Shown here piece by piece: positions 55,502 to 64,000 of a stretch of DNA of 64,000 nucleotides (positions within the stretch are counted from its first letter, which is position 1; the number at the start of each line of letters is the position of its first letter). Position numbers and translations under genes: made by a program. The notes under the pieces were generated by a model. That model made no database searches and was not told where the DNA came from. It was given only the letters and a program-made list of their open reading frames with translations. The DNA is from an uncultured Planctomycetota bacterium (GTDB taxonomy: Bacteria; Planctomycetota; PLA2; JAEUHO01). The stretch lies in the NCBI GenBank assembly GCA_963752285.1, contig CAVVXN010000003.1:256001-320000 (forward strand), given 5' to 3'.

Positions 55502-56830
55502 ATGCCGACGACGACCCACGACCTGTCCGTCCTCCGCGCCGACTTCCCCGCCCTCGCGCGGCGACGGAACGGGATGCCGCCGATCTACCTGAACAACGCG
55601 TGCTCGACGCTCAGGCCGCGCCCGGTCATCGACGCGATCGTCAGGTCGTACGAGCTCTTCCCGACGTGCGGCGGCGGGCGCGCGATCCCCGGCACCAAGC
55701 TCCACAACTGGTTCCAGGAGGAGCTCGGCGAGGAGGAGGCGGGCGCCCGCGAGGCGGTGGCGAAGCTCGTCGGGGCCTCGTGTCCCGAGGAGATCGTGTG
55801 GACGCGCAACACGACCGAGGCGATCAACCTCGTGGCCCGGTCGTTCCCGTTCGCGCCCGGGGACGAGGTCCTCGGCGGCGAGAACGAGCACAACTCGAAC
55901 CTCGTGCCGTGGCTCGAGCTCGAGCGCCGGCTCCGCGCGGGGAGCGGGCGCCCCGACCTCGTCGTGCGTCGCTGGTTCCCCTACGACGAGGACGGCGTGT
56001 TCGACGTCGGCCGCGCCCTCGCCGCCGTCACGCCGCGGACCCGGATCGTCTCGATCGCGCACACGAGCAACCTCGACGGCGCGGCGGTCCCCGACGCCGA
56101 CGTGCGCGCGCTCGCCGACCGCGTACACGCGGTGGGCGGGGTCCTCCTCCTCGACGCGGCGCAGAGCGTCCCGCACCGCCCGATCGACGTGAAGGCGCTC
56201 GGCGCGGACTTCCTCGCGTTCTCGTTCCACAAGATGTGCGGTCCCACGGGCATCGGCGTGCTATGGGGTCGGCGCGAGCGCCTCGCGGCCCTGGAGCCCT
56301 TCCTCGTCGGCGGCGACACGGTCGAGGACACGTGGCTCGACCGCGCGGAGCTGAAGCCCCCGCCCGAACGCTACGAGGCGGGCGTCCAGCACTACGCCGG
56401 GATGATCGGCGCCGCCGCCGCGGTCCGCTACGTGACCGAGACGGCCGGCCTCCTCGCGATCGAGGAGCACGAGCGCGCGCTCGCGGAGCGCACCCGGGCG
56501 CGGCTCGCCCCGCTCGAGAACGACCACTTCTGGCTTCGCGGGCCCAAGGACGCCTCCCGCCGGACCGGCGTCGTGACCATGGCCTCGAGCGTGGGGGCGA
56601 TCGTGAACGCGATCGAGCGCCTCGCGGACGAGGAGTCGAACGTGATGCTCCGCAAGGGCATGTTCTGCACGAACGCCTTCCTGCACCACCGATACGACCG
56701 CGCCGCCAACGCGAAGAACAACCTCCGGGCGTCCTTCTACCTCTACAACACCGAGGCCGAGTGCGACGTGCTCTGCGACGTGGTGGAGCGCGTCGTGAGA
56801 GATCCCCTCGCCTTCCTCGACGACGAGTGA
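55502..56830 (+). CDS. SufS-like cysteine desulfurase (class V aminotransferase)
   Basis: 'RADFP', 'WTRNTTEAIN', 'EHNSN', 'DAAQS', PLP-Lys 'SFHKMCGPTG', catalytic loop variant 'RKGMFC', 'RASFYLYNT'. Confidence 0.88.
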   Translation: MPTTTHDLSVLRADFPALARRRNGMPPIYLNNACSTLRPRPVIDAIVRSYELFPTCGGGRAIPGTKLHNWFQEELGEEEAGAREAVAKLVGASCPEEIVWTRNTTEAINLVARSFPFAPGDEVLGGENEHNSNLVPWLELERRLRAGSGRPDLVVRRWFPYDEDGVFDVGRALAAVTPRTRIVSIAHTSNLDGAAVPDADVRALADRVHAVGGVLLLDAAQSVPHRPIDVKALGADFLAFSFHKMCGPTGIGVLWGRRERLAALEPFLVGGDTVEDTWLDRAELKPPPERYEAGVQHYAGMIGAAAAVRYVTETAGLLAIEEHERALAERTRARLAPLENDHFWLRGPKDASRRTGVVTMASSVGAIVNAIERLADEESNVMLRKGMFCTNAFLHHRYDRAANAKNNLRASFYLYNTEAECDVLCDVVERVVRDPLAFLDDE

Positions 56831-56841
56831 GAGGAGGCACC

Positions 56842-57315
56842 GTGGCCGTCTCCCCCGCGGTACGCCGGTACTACGCCGAACGGATCTTCGCGAAGAGCAC
56901 TCGGGACCGCGCGCCCGAGAGCTTCACCCCGCTCGACACCGCGCCGACGGGCGTCGCGACCGTGGAAGGGTGCCGGGGCGGCGGAAAGAACGTCCTCGAG
57001 GTGTTCCTCGTGGGACACGACGGTCGGATCGAAGACGTGCGTGCGTCGTGCGGCCTCTGCAACCCCGCGATGTACGTCGCGGCCGACCTCGTCGTGCACT
57101 GGGCGCGCGGGCGCGCGTTCGACGAGGTCCTCGCGCTCGACCCGTTCCGACCCGGCGCGCTCGATCCGTTCTTCGAGCGCCTCGGCGACACGGACCGCCC
57201 GGAGGACGCCCGGGAGAAGCTCCAGTACGCCCTGCTCGCGCTGCACCGCGCGGTCCACGCGCACCAGGGGACCGAGGCGCCCGACTTCCCTCCGGTCCCG
57301 CCCCCGGCCGACTGA
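56842..57315 (+). CDS. Divergent SufU/IscU-like (NifU N-terminal fold) protein
   Basis: GAGGAGG Shine-Dalgarno; follows the desulfurase; 'GCRGG...LEVFL...DGRIEDVRASCGLC...AADLVVHWARGR'. Confidence 0.7.
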   Translation: MAVSPAVRRYYAERIFAKSTRDRAPESFTPLDTAPTGVATVEGCRGGGKNVLEVFLVGHDGRIEDVRASCGLCNPAMYVAADLVVHWARGRAFDEVLALDPFRPGALDPFFERLGDTDRPEDAREKLQYALLALHRAVHAHQGTEAPDFPPVPPPAD

Positions 57316-57352
57316 CGCGCGGCGTCGCCTTGCGGATACGATCGCCCTTCCC

Positions 57353-58792
57353 ATGCCGCTTCGCGTCTACAACAGCCTCTCCCGCCGCGTGGAGGACTTC
57401 GAGCCGCGCGACCGCGCCCGCACGACCGTCTACGGCTGCGGTCCGACGGTCTACAACCACGTCCACATCGGGAACTGGTCCACGTTCCTGTTCTACGACG
57501 TGTTCGTGCGCTGGCTGCGGGCGTCGGGCTACGGGGTCCGCTACGTCGTGAACGTCACCGACGTCGAGGACAAGATCATCCGGGACAGCCGGGCCGCGGG
57601 CGAGGACCGCGCGTCGTTCGCCGCGCGGTGGACGCAGGTCTTCTTCGACGACCTCGATCGTCTCGGCTGCGTGCGCGCCGACGCGTATCCCCGTGCGACC
57701 GATTACGTGCCCGAGATGGCGGCGATGGTCCAGACCCTCCTCGACGGGGGACACGCGTACCTCTCGCGAGACGAGGACGGCACGGAGTCGGTCTACTTCC
57801 GCATCCGTTCGTTCGAGACGTACGGCGAGCTCGCGAACCTCTCCCGGGCCCAGGTGATGGCGGGGGCGTCCGGTCGCGTGAAGGCCGACGAGTACGAGAA
57901 GGAGGAGGTCGGCGACTTCGCCCTCTGGAAGGGGTGGTCCCCCTCCGACGGCGACACCTTCTGGGAGCCGGAGCTCGTGGTGGACGGCACGCGCCGCGTC
58001 CTGAAGGGCCGCCCGGGCTGGCACATCGAGTGCTCCGTGATGTCGTCGGCCCTCCTGGGCCCGCAGATCGACGCGCACCTGGGGGGCGAGGACCTCCGGT
58101 TCCCGCACCACCAGAACGAGATCGCGCAGTCCGAGGCCGCGACGGGGAAGCGTCCCTTCGTCCGGTACTGGATGCACCGGCGCCATCTCACGGTCGAGGG
58201 GCGCAAGATGTCGAAGAGCGCGGGCAGCTTCTACACGCTCCGCGACCTCGAGGAGCGTGCCGGCCCCTTCTCCGCCCGCGCGTTCCGCTACCTCGTCGCG
58301 TCGAGCCACTACCGCACGCCGATCTCGTTCTCGTGGGAGGGCCTCGACGCCGCGGGCCGCACGCTCTTGAACCTCGACGACGCCTGGCGCCGCCTCGCGC
58401 GGCACGCGGGCGACGCGGTCCCGTCCGACTTCGCGGCCGGGGCCGACGCGGCCTTCCGGCGCGCGATGGACGACGACCTCGAGACGAGCGCCGCCACCGC
58501 GGCGGTCCACTCCCTCGTGGGCGAGGCGAACCGCCGTATCGAGGCCGGCTCGCTCGCGCCGGGCGACGCGGCCTCCGCCCTCGCGCTGCTGCGCCTCGCC
58601 GACGACGTCCTGGGCCTCGGCCTCGCGCGGAACCAGGCGCTCAGCGCCGAGCAGCAGACGCTCCTCGGCCGGCGCGAGACCGCCCGCGCCCGGCGCGACT
58701 GGGCGGGGGCCGACCGTCTGCGCGCCGAGCTCCGGGCGCTCGGCGTGATCGTGAAGGACACGAAGGAGGGCCAGGAGGTCACGCTCCTCTGA
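57353..58792 (+). CDS. cysS: Cysteine--tRNA ligase
   Basis: 'CGPTVYNHVHIGN', 'NVTDVEDKII', 'DFALWK', 'GRPGWHIECS', 'FPHHQNEIAQ', 'KMSKS'. Confidence 0.96.
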   Translation: MPLRVYNSLSRRVEDFEPRDRARTTVYGCGPTVYNHVHIGNWSTFLFYDVFVRWLRASGYGVRYVVNVTDVEDKIIRDSRAAGEDRASFAARWTQVFFDDLDRLGCVRADAYPRATDYVPEMAAMVQTLLDGGHAYLSRDEDGTESVYFRIRSFETYGELANLSRAQVMAGASGRVKADEYEKEEVGDFALWKGWSPSDGDTFWEPELVVDGTRRVLKGRPGWHIECSVMSSALLGPQIDAHLGGEDLRFPHHQNEIAQSEAATGKRPFVRYWMHRRHLTVEGRKMSKSAGSFYTLRDLEERAGPFSARAFRYLVASSHYRTPISFSWEGLDAAGRTLLNLDDAWRRLARHAGDAVPSDFAAGADAAFRRAMDDDLETSAATAAVHSLVGEANRRIEAGSLAPGDAASALALLRLADDVLGLGLARNQALSAEQQTLLGRRETARARRDWAGADRLRAELRALGVIVKDTKEGQEVTLL

Positions 58793-58839
58793 CCCCGGGC
58801 CCCGTCGTGCGAGGCGGCATCCGCCGCCGGGAGGCTTCG

Positions 58840-60450
58840 ATGCGTGGTGCGCTGCTCTCGCTCCTGGTCCTCGCGCTCCTCACCCTCCCCGCCGTCGGCG
58901 GGGAGGAGCCGCCGGACCTCCAGTCCCGCGTCCGGGCGTGCGTGCAGGCGGAGAACGGCGCCGATCGGCTCGCGCTGGCGCTCGCGCTGGCGGACGACGC
59001 CGACCCCGAGGCGGTGCTCGACGCGCTTCGCGGGGCGTGGTCGTGGCCGGCGGATGCGCCGAAGGGCGAGGTCACGACCTGGACGCGCCGGACCCCCGAC
59101 GGCACGACCCACACGATCCTCGCGTACGCCCCGTCCACGTACGCACCCGACCACGCGTGGCCCGCGCTCGTCTGGCTCCACGGCGCCGTCGCGCGCGACG
59201 AGGACGGCGGCGGCGGAATCGGCATCGAGATGTTCCGGGACGAGGCCGAGAAGAAGGGGTTCGTGCTGATCGCGCCGTCCACGCAGAACGGCGCGCACTG
59301 GTGGTCCCCCTCCGGCGCGGCGCTGATCCGCGGCGCGCTGCTCGACGCGAAGCGCCGGTGGCGCATCGACGCCGACCGCGTCGCGCTCGCGGGCTTCTCG
59401 GACGGCGGGAGCGGCGCGTACCATCTCCTCGCGCACGACCCGACGCCGTACGCGTGCTTCCTGCCGATGATGGGGAACCCCCTCGTCTCCCGGATCCTCG
59501 GCGGTCCCGTCTGCGGGCCCAACCTCGCCTCGCGTCCCGTCTGGGCCGTGAACGGCGGCCAGGACCCCCTCTACCCGTCCGAGAAGATGAAGCCGGTCGT
59601 CGACGCGATGCGCGAGGCGGGCGCGGACATCCACTGGATCGACGAGCCCGAGTCGAGCCACGAGCCGTCGTTCCTCGAGCGCCGGTGGGAGGAGGCGTGG
59701 CAGTTCGTCACGGAGCACCCGCGGGTCGCCCTGCCGAAGGACGTCCGCTGGGCGTCGGCCGCGCCGGACGTGGACGGCCGCTTCTCGTGGGTCGAGATCG
59801 TCGCCCTGGACCCGCACGCGCCGGCCGACCCGGCGCTCGAGCCGGCGGCCGTGCTGCCGGTCCCGGACCTCACCCCGTCGCCGCGGCTCGGGATCGTGCT
59901 CGACCCGCGCTTCGACGGCGACGGCATCCGCGTCGGCGAGGTGCAGGACGGGACGCCGGCCGCGGAGGCCGGTTTCCAGGCCGGCGACGTCATCGTGAAG
60001 GTGGGCGACTCGAAGCTCGAGGGCGACGAGCGGTTGGGCGTGCTCCGGACGTACCTGAACGTCCTCTCGGGAGGGACCACCGACGGCACCTTCGTCGTGC
60101 GGCGCGGCGACGAGGAGGTCGAGGTCCACGCCCGCCCCCGCGTCCTCGACATGGACCGCGCGCCCCAGCCGGCCGAGCTCGGGTACGGCGTCGAGCCGGG
60201 GATCGTCCACGCGAAGCTCGCGGGCCCCGGCACGATCGAGGTCGGTACGCGCGGCGTCTCGCGCCTCCGGCTCCACCTCGCGCCGGAGCTCGTGGACCTC
60301 TCGAAGGAGCTCGTCGTCACCGTGAACGGGGCCGAGCGCTACCGGGGCGTCCCCGTGCTCGACGTGGCGACCCTCCTCGGCGAGGCGTGCGAGAGGGGTC
60401 CCGGCGCGCCGCGGTACGCCGCGGTCCTCGATTTCGCGGTGAAGCCCTGA
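58840..60450 (+). CDS. Exported alpha/beta-hydrolase (esterase/PHB-depolymerase-like) with a PDZ domain
   Basis: Signal peptide; 'LVWLHG', nucleophile 'GFSDG', 'NGGQDP', 'SH'; PDZ 'LGIV...GTPAAEAGFQAGDVIVKVG'. Confidence 0.8.
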   Translation: MRGALLSLLVLALLTLPAVGGEEPPDLQSRVRACVQAENGADRLALALALADDADPEAVLDALRGAWSWPADAPKGEVTTWTRRTPDGTTHTILAYAPSTYAPDHAWPALVWLHGAVARDEDGGGGIGIEMFRDEAEKKGFVLIAPSTQNGAHWWSPSGAALIRGALLDAKRRWRIDADRVALAGFSDGGSGAYHLLAHDPTPYACFLPMMGNPLVSRILGGPVCGPNLASRPVWAVNGGQDPLYPSEKMKPVVDAMREAGADIHWIDEPESSHEPSFLERRWEEAWQFVTEHPRVALPKDVRWASAAPDVDGRFSWVEIVALDPHAPADPALEPAAVLPVPDLTPSPRLGIVLDPRFDGDGIRVGEVQDGTPAAEAGFQAGDVIVKVGDSKLEGDERLGVLRTYLNVLSGGTTDGTFVVRRGDEEVEVHARPRVLDMDRAPQPAELGYGVEPGIVHAKLAGPGTIEVGTRGVSRLRLHLAPELVDLSKELVVTVNGAERYRGVPVLDVATLLGEACERGPGAPRYAAVLDFAVKP

Positions 60451-60604
60451 GACCCCGGCGGTCACGGGCCTCGGCGCCCCGGGGAGCGCGTGACGAGACC
60501 GGCGGTAGATGGGACGGGAGCGCGCGCCGAGGCCGCCGGCCGATCGACCCGTCCCCGGGCCGGGATCCATACGCGGGCCCGGGCCCCGGGCGGGCGGCGC
60601 GGGG

Positions 60605-61834
60605 GTGAGCGCCCTTCCCCCCGGGGCCACGGGCGCCACCGACGACGCGCGGGCGGCGGACCGCGGTCGCGGCGCGTCGGGCGCCGAGGGGGGCGCGGGC
60701 GCCCGCGGCGCGCGCGGGCTCGACGTGCTCCACGCGACGACCGCCCGCTCGTGGCGCGGCGGCGAGGCGCAGGTGCTGCTCCTGATGGAGGGCCTTCGCC
60801 GTCGCGGGGTGACGGAGCTCCTCTTGGCCCCACCGGCCTCCCCGCTCGCGGCCCGCGCGCGCGCCGCGGGCCTCCGGGTCGCGCCGTGGCGCGTCCGGAA
60901 CGAGGCCGACCCCTTCGCGCTCGGGCGGCTCCTGGACGTCGCGCGCGCGGTCCGTCCCCGCGTCCTCCACCTCCACACGTCGCAGGCGCACGGACAGGGC
61001 GCGCTCGCCGCGCGTCTCCTCGGACGTCGGCGGCCCGCCGTCGTGGTGACGCGCCGTGTCGAGCACTCGATCTACCGCCATCGCTTCCTCGGCCTCGACC
61101 GATGGAAGATGGACCCCGGCGCCGACGTCGTCTGCTGCGTGAGCGAGCGGACCCGCGCCGTGCTCCTCGAGGACGGCGTCCGCGCCGCGCGGCTCCTCAC
61201 GGTCTCCGACGGCGTGGACGTGGCGCACTTCGCCACGAACGCGGCCGACCGGTCCGCGGCCCGACACGCCCTCGGCCTCCCCGAGGGCCGGCCCGTCGTG
61301 GGGCAGGTGGCGCACGTCGAGCCGGCGAAGGGGCAGGACGTGCTCCTCCTCGCGGCCCGGCGCCTCGCGGACGCGGGACGGGACCTGACGGTGGCCATCG
61401 TGGGCGGCGGCCGGGTGGACGACGTCCGCGCGCGCGCCGCGGACCTCGGGCTCTCGGACCGTGTCCGCGTGACGGGCTTCACCGAGGACGTCCGCCCGTG
61501 GCTTCGCGCGATGGACGTGTTCGCGTTCCCTTCCCGAAGCGAGGGGCTCGGGAGCTCGCTCCTCGAAGCCATGGCCGCGGGCGTCCCCGTCGTGGCGTCC
61601 TCGACCGGCGGGATCCCCGAGGTCGTGGTGCACGAGGCGACCGGCCTCCTCGTGCCGGTGGGCGACGCGGCGGCGCTCGCGGAGGGCGTCCGGCGTCTCC
61701 TCGACGACCGTCCCCTCGCGACCCGTCTCGCCGACGCGGCGCGCGCGCGGGTCGCGGCGCGTCACGCCGCGCGGCGAACCGTGGACGGCACGCTCGAGGC
61801 GTACCGGCGCGCGGCCCGTCAGCGACGCTCGTAG
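60605..61834 (+). CDS. GT4 glycosyltransferase
   Basis: 'WRGGEAQV', 'KGQDVL', 'FPSRSEGLGSSLLEAMAAGVPVVASSTGGIPE'. Start uncertain. Confidence 0.88.
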   Translation: MSALPPGATGATDDARAADRGRGASGAEGGAGARGARGLDVLHATTARSWRGGEAQVLLLMEGLRRRGVTELLLAPPASPLAARARAAGLRVAPWRVRNEADPFALGRLLDVARAVRPRVLHLHTSQAHGQGALAARLLGRRRPAVVVTRRVEHSIYRHRFLGLDRWKMDPGADVVCCVSERTRAVLLEDGVRAARLLTVSDGVDVAHFATNAADRSAARHALGLPEGRPVVGQVAHVEPAKGQDVLLLAARRLADAGRDLTVAIVGGGRVDDVRARAADLGLSDRVRVTGFTEDVRPWLRAMDVFAFPSRSEGLGSSLLEAMAAGVPVVASSTGGIPEVVVHEATGLLVPVGDAAALAEGVRRLLDDRPLATRLADAARARVAARHAARRTVDGTLEAYRRAARQRRS

Positions 61835-62265
61835 GTCCCGACGAGCTGCGCCTCGGCGATCACGTGACCCTCGATGTCCCGGAGGAGCTCCTCCTTCGTG
61901 AGGCCGGCGGGGAGGGCGCCGGTGCGGTCGAGCGCGAAGAGGCGGAAGTGGTAGTGGTGGACGCCGTGTCCCTTCGGAGGCAGGGGACCGCCCCAGCCCA
62001 CGCGACGGAAGTCGTTCGTCCCCTCCCGGCCGCCGCCCTCGTCGCCTTCGTCGAGGGACGTGAGGTCCGCCGGGAGGTCGTAGAGCACCCAGTGGACCCA
62101 CGGCACGTCGCGCGGCGCGTCGGGATCGTCCACGACGAGCGCCAGCTCGGCCGCCTCCGCGGGGACGTCCTCGAAGGCGAGCGGCGGCGACACGTCGACG
62201 CCTTCGCCCGTGTACCGCTTCGGAATGGGGGCTCCGTCGTCGAACGCCGAGCTCGTGATCTTCAT
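61819..62265 (-). CDS. YbhB/YbcL family (PEBP, Raf-kinase-inhibitor-like) protein
   Basis: 'SPPL', 'DDPDAP', 'WVHWV', 'GPLPPKGHGVHHYHF'; GGAGG Shine-Dalgarno. Confidence 0.92.
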   Translation of the reverse strand: MKITSSAFDDGAPIPKRYTGEGVDVSPPLAFEDVPAEAAELALVVDDPDAPRDVPWVHWVLYDLPADLTSLDEGDEGGGREGTNDFRRVGWGGPLPPKGHGVHHYHFRLFALDRTGALPAGLTKEELLRDIEGHVIAEAQLVGTYERR

Positions 62266-62435
62266 CCAGGCACCTCCGTGCCGTGTACATCTTGGGGCCC
62301 GCGAGGTCCCGTCAAGCCGCGCCTCGGCGGCCCGCGGCGAAGGCCCCGTGACGCGGCTGCGCGGGGGCCCGCCGTCGGGGGTTGATGCGGCGGGGCGTCC
62401 ACGCCGAGAATGCGGACGTCGGCGGGAGGCGTTCG

Positions 62436-63296
62436 ATGCGGCACGTTCTCGGCGCGGCGTGGGTCCTGGGACTCGGCATCCTCCTCGGCGGGGGCGCCCG
62501 GGCGGACGACCCGCCCCCCGTCGCTCCGGGCCAGGAGGGGCTCGTGCGCTCCCGGCGGGACGTGCTCGTGGCCGCGACCGACGACACGACCGTGGAGCAG
62601 GTCGCCGTCGCCGTCGGGGACCGCGTGAAGTTCGGCGACCCGCTCGTGCAGCTCTACCGGTCCGACGCGCTCCTCGGGGCGAGCCTCGCCGAGATCGAGT
62701 CCGCCATCGCGGAGGTGGACGTGGACCTCGCGAAGTCGCGGCGGGACGGGCAGCAGCGGATCGTGGACCTGCGGAAGAAGCAGTACGACCAGGCGCACGT
62801 GGAGGGACCCGCGGGCCGCGCCTCGCCGGCCGAGGTGACCGCGGCCGCCCTGGCGCTCGAGCAGGCCAAGTCCGAGGCGGAGCGCGGGGACGCCGCGTTC
62901 CGTCGGGCCCGTCGCGTCGCCGACCACGCCAAGCTCCAAATGGAGGTCGCCCGACAGCGGCTCGACCGCCGCACGGTCCGCGCGCCGTTCGCCGGGGTCG
63001 TGGCCGAGGTCCTCGTCGCGCAGGGCGACGCCGTCCGCGCGCTCCGGACGCCGCTCGTCCGGCTCGTGGACCCGGACGCGCTGGACATCGAGGTGCCCGT
63101 GCGTGCCGAAGAGGCCTCGGCGTGGCCGCCCGGACGCGCGGTCTTCGTCGAAGGCGCCGACGGGACGGGGCGCGTTCGGTCGGTCGGCCCGGTGGTGGAC
63201 GAGGCGACCCAGCGGGTCACGGTCCTCGTCGAGCTCCCGAGCGGCGCCGCGCTCCGCCCCGGCGCGCGCGTGCTCGTGCACCTCGCGCGCGAGTAG
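62436..63296 (+). CDS. RND/HlyD-type periplasmic adaptor (membrane fusion protein)
   Basis: Lipoyl-like halves 'VAVGDRVKFGDPLVQL' and 'VRAPFAGVV...GDAV' around a helical hairpin; 'VDEATQRV', 'LRPG'. Confidence 0.8.
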   Translation: MRHVLGAAWVLGLGILLGGGARADDPPPVAPGQEGLVRSRRDVLVAATDDTTVEQVAVAVGDRVKFGDPLVQLYRSDALLGASLAEIESAIAEVDVDLAKSRRDGQQRIVDLRKKQYDQAHVEGPAGRASPAEVTAAALALEQAKSEAERGDAAFRRARRVADHAKLQMEVARQRLDRRTVRAPFAGVVAEVLVAQGDAVRALRTPLVRLVDPDALDIEVPVRAEEASAWPPGRAVFVEGADGTGRVRSVGPVVDEATQRVTVLVELPSGAALRPGARVLVHLARE

Positions 63297-63343
63297 CGCG
63301 GTGGACGGCGCGCGCGAGCCGCACGGCGCGGCCCGTGCGCGGC

Positions 63344-64000
63344 CTAGGCCGGCGCCGCCATCTCGCGGACGAGCTGGGTCAGGGTCTTCGGCGTGAACGG
63401 CTTCGACAGGAACCGGACGCCCGTGGGCACCGGCCCGCCGAACTTCAGGCGCACGTCGGCCTCCAGGTCTCCGCTCACGAGCAGCACGGGGATCGCCGGG
63501 GCGAGCGTGCGGAGGCGCTCCACGAGCGCCGCGCCACGGAGCCCCTCGAGATTCGCGTCGAGCACGACGACGTGCGCGGCGCCCCCCGCGGCCTCGAGCG
63601 ACGTGATCGCCTCCTCGCCGCTCGCGGCCTCGATCACGTTCTGGTCGTCGAACTCGAGCGCCTGCTTCATCATGTCGCGCACGCCCTCCTCGTCGTCCAC
63701 GACGAGGACGGTGGCGGGCGGCCCGGGGCTCGGCGGTTCGGGAGTCATGGGGTCCTCCGTCGGGGATGGCGCGGACGGGAGCAGCACCTGGAACGTGGTC
63801 CCGGCGCCGGGCCGGCTGTCGAGCCGGATGGCGCCGCCGTGGACACGGATGATGCCCAGGACGGCGGCGAGTCCCAACCCGCGCCCGGCCGGCTTCGTGG
63901 TGAAGAACGGGTCGAAGATGCTCTGCTGCGTCTCGCGGTCCATCCCCACGCCGTCGTCCCGGACCTCGAGGACCGCGTACCGGCCCGGTTGGCGCCCCTC
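63344..64000 (-). CDS. Hybrid sensor histidine kinase/response regulator, C-terminal part (5' end outside the window)
   Basis: '[11 protein letters not shown]...[15 protein letters not shown]', 'GTTF'; receiver 'VLVVDDE', 'LD', 'KPF'. Confidence 0.9.
   Translation of the reverse strand, partial: EGRQPGRYAVLEVRDDGVGMDRETQQSIFDPFFTTKPAGRGLGLAAVLGIIRVHGGAIRLDSRPGAGTTFQVLLPSAPSPTEDPMTPEPPSPGPPATVLVVDDEEGVRDMMKQALEFDDQNVIEAASGEEAITSLEAAGGAAHVVVLDANLEGLRGAALVERLRTLAPAIPVLLVSGDLEADVRLKFGGPVPTGVRFLSKPFTPKTLTQLVREMAAPA

Noticed and set aside
2212..60450. Apparent giant N-terminal extensions or fusions (for example 2212..5646, 11320..14268, 14518..18051, 20198..23548, 52868..56830, 57628..60450)
   Set aside because: The extensions overlap neighbouring genes in other frames. 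Real starts are marked by 4-nt stop/start overlaps, Shine-Dalgarno sites or -10 boxes.
61819..61834. Convergent 16-nt gene overlap (also the 41-nt same-strand overlap at 42551-42591)
   Set aside because: Short terminal overlaps are ordinary in GC-rich genomes.
1..64000. Many very long Arg/Pro/Gly/Ala-rich ORFs in the track (for example 15837..21077 +, 35225..39106 -, 43601..47158 +)
   Set aside because: They are shadow or antisense frames of real genes. Stop codons are rare at this GC content and the translations have no family motifs.

Overview
A very GC-rich (roughly 75% by eye) bacterial window. The gene content (HEAT-repeat/VWA exported proteins, carboxypeptidase-regulatory-domain repeat protein, FGE-sulfatase-domain protein, ECF/Ser-Thr-kinase remnants, PEP-CTERM tail) suggests a Planctomycetota-like organism; this is inference. 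Bases ~1-27300 are a large Wzx/Wzy-dependent exopolysaccharide locus of the kind linked to PEP-CTERM/exosortase systems. It has Wza, Wzx, a Wzy/O-antigen-ligase-like protein, a Wzz/GumC-like co-polymerase with a split BY-kinase, a priming transferase, an epimerase, GT2/GT4 enzymes, two deacetylases, two PaaK/CapK-like ligases, GNAT proteins including a GT4-GNAT fusion, and a beta-helix lipoprotein. Two sigma-54 promoter motifs and an embedded ECF sigma/HEAT-repeat anti-sigma pair sit inside the locus. Just downstream is an ~800 bp scar made of three gene fragments (PEP-CTERM tail, Ser/Thr kinase C-lobe, ECF sigma region 4). The remainder is mixed housekeeping and envelope genes: MATE, CPBP protease, lipoproteins, lysC, CAP protein, PhzF, CDGSH Fe-S protein, a divergent frameshifted Tex-like gene with disordered tails, rsmB, SDR, a phytoene-desaturase-family oxidoreductase, cyclophilin plus HEAT-VWA, SufS-like/SufU-like/cysS, an esterase-PDZ protein, GT4, YbhB/YbcL, a HlyD-type adaptor and a partial hybrid histidine kinase. 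I saw no rRNA, tRNA, CRISPR array or intact mobile element. Many genes look leaderless (TANNNT box 6-10 nt before the start codon), and two appear to need CTG starts. All calls come from reading motifs by eye; no database search was run.
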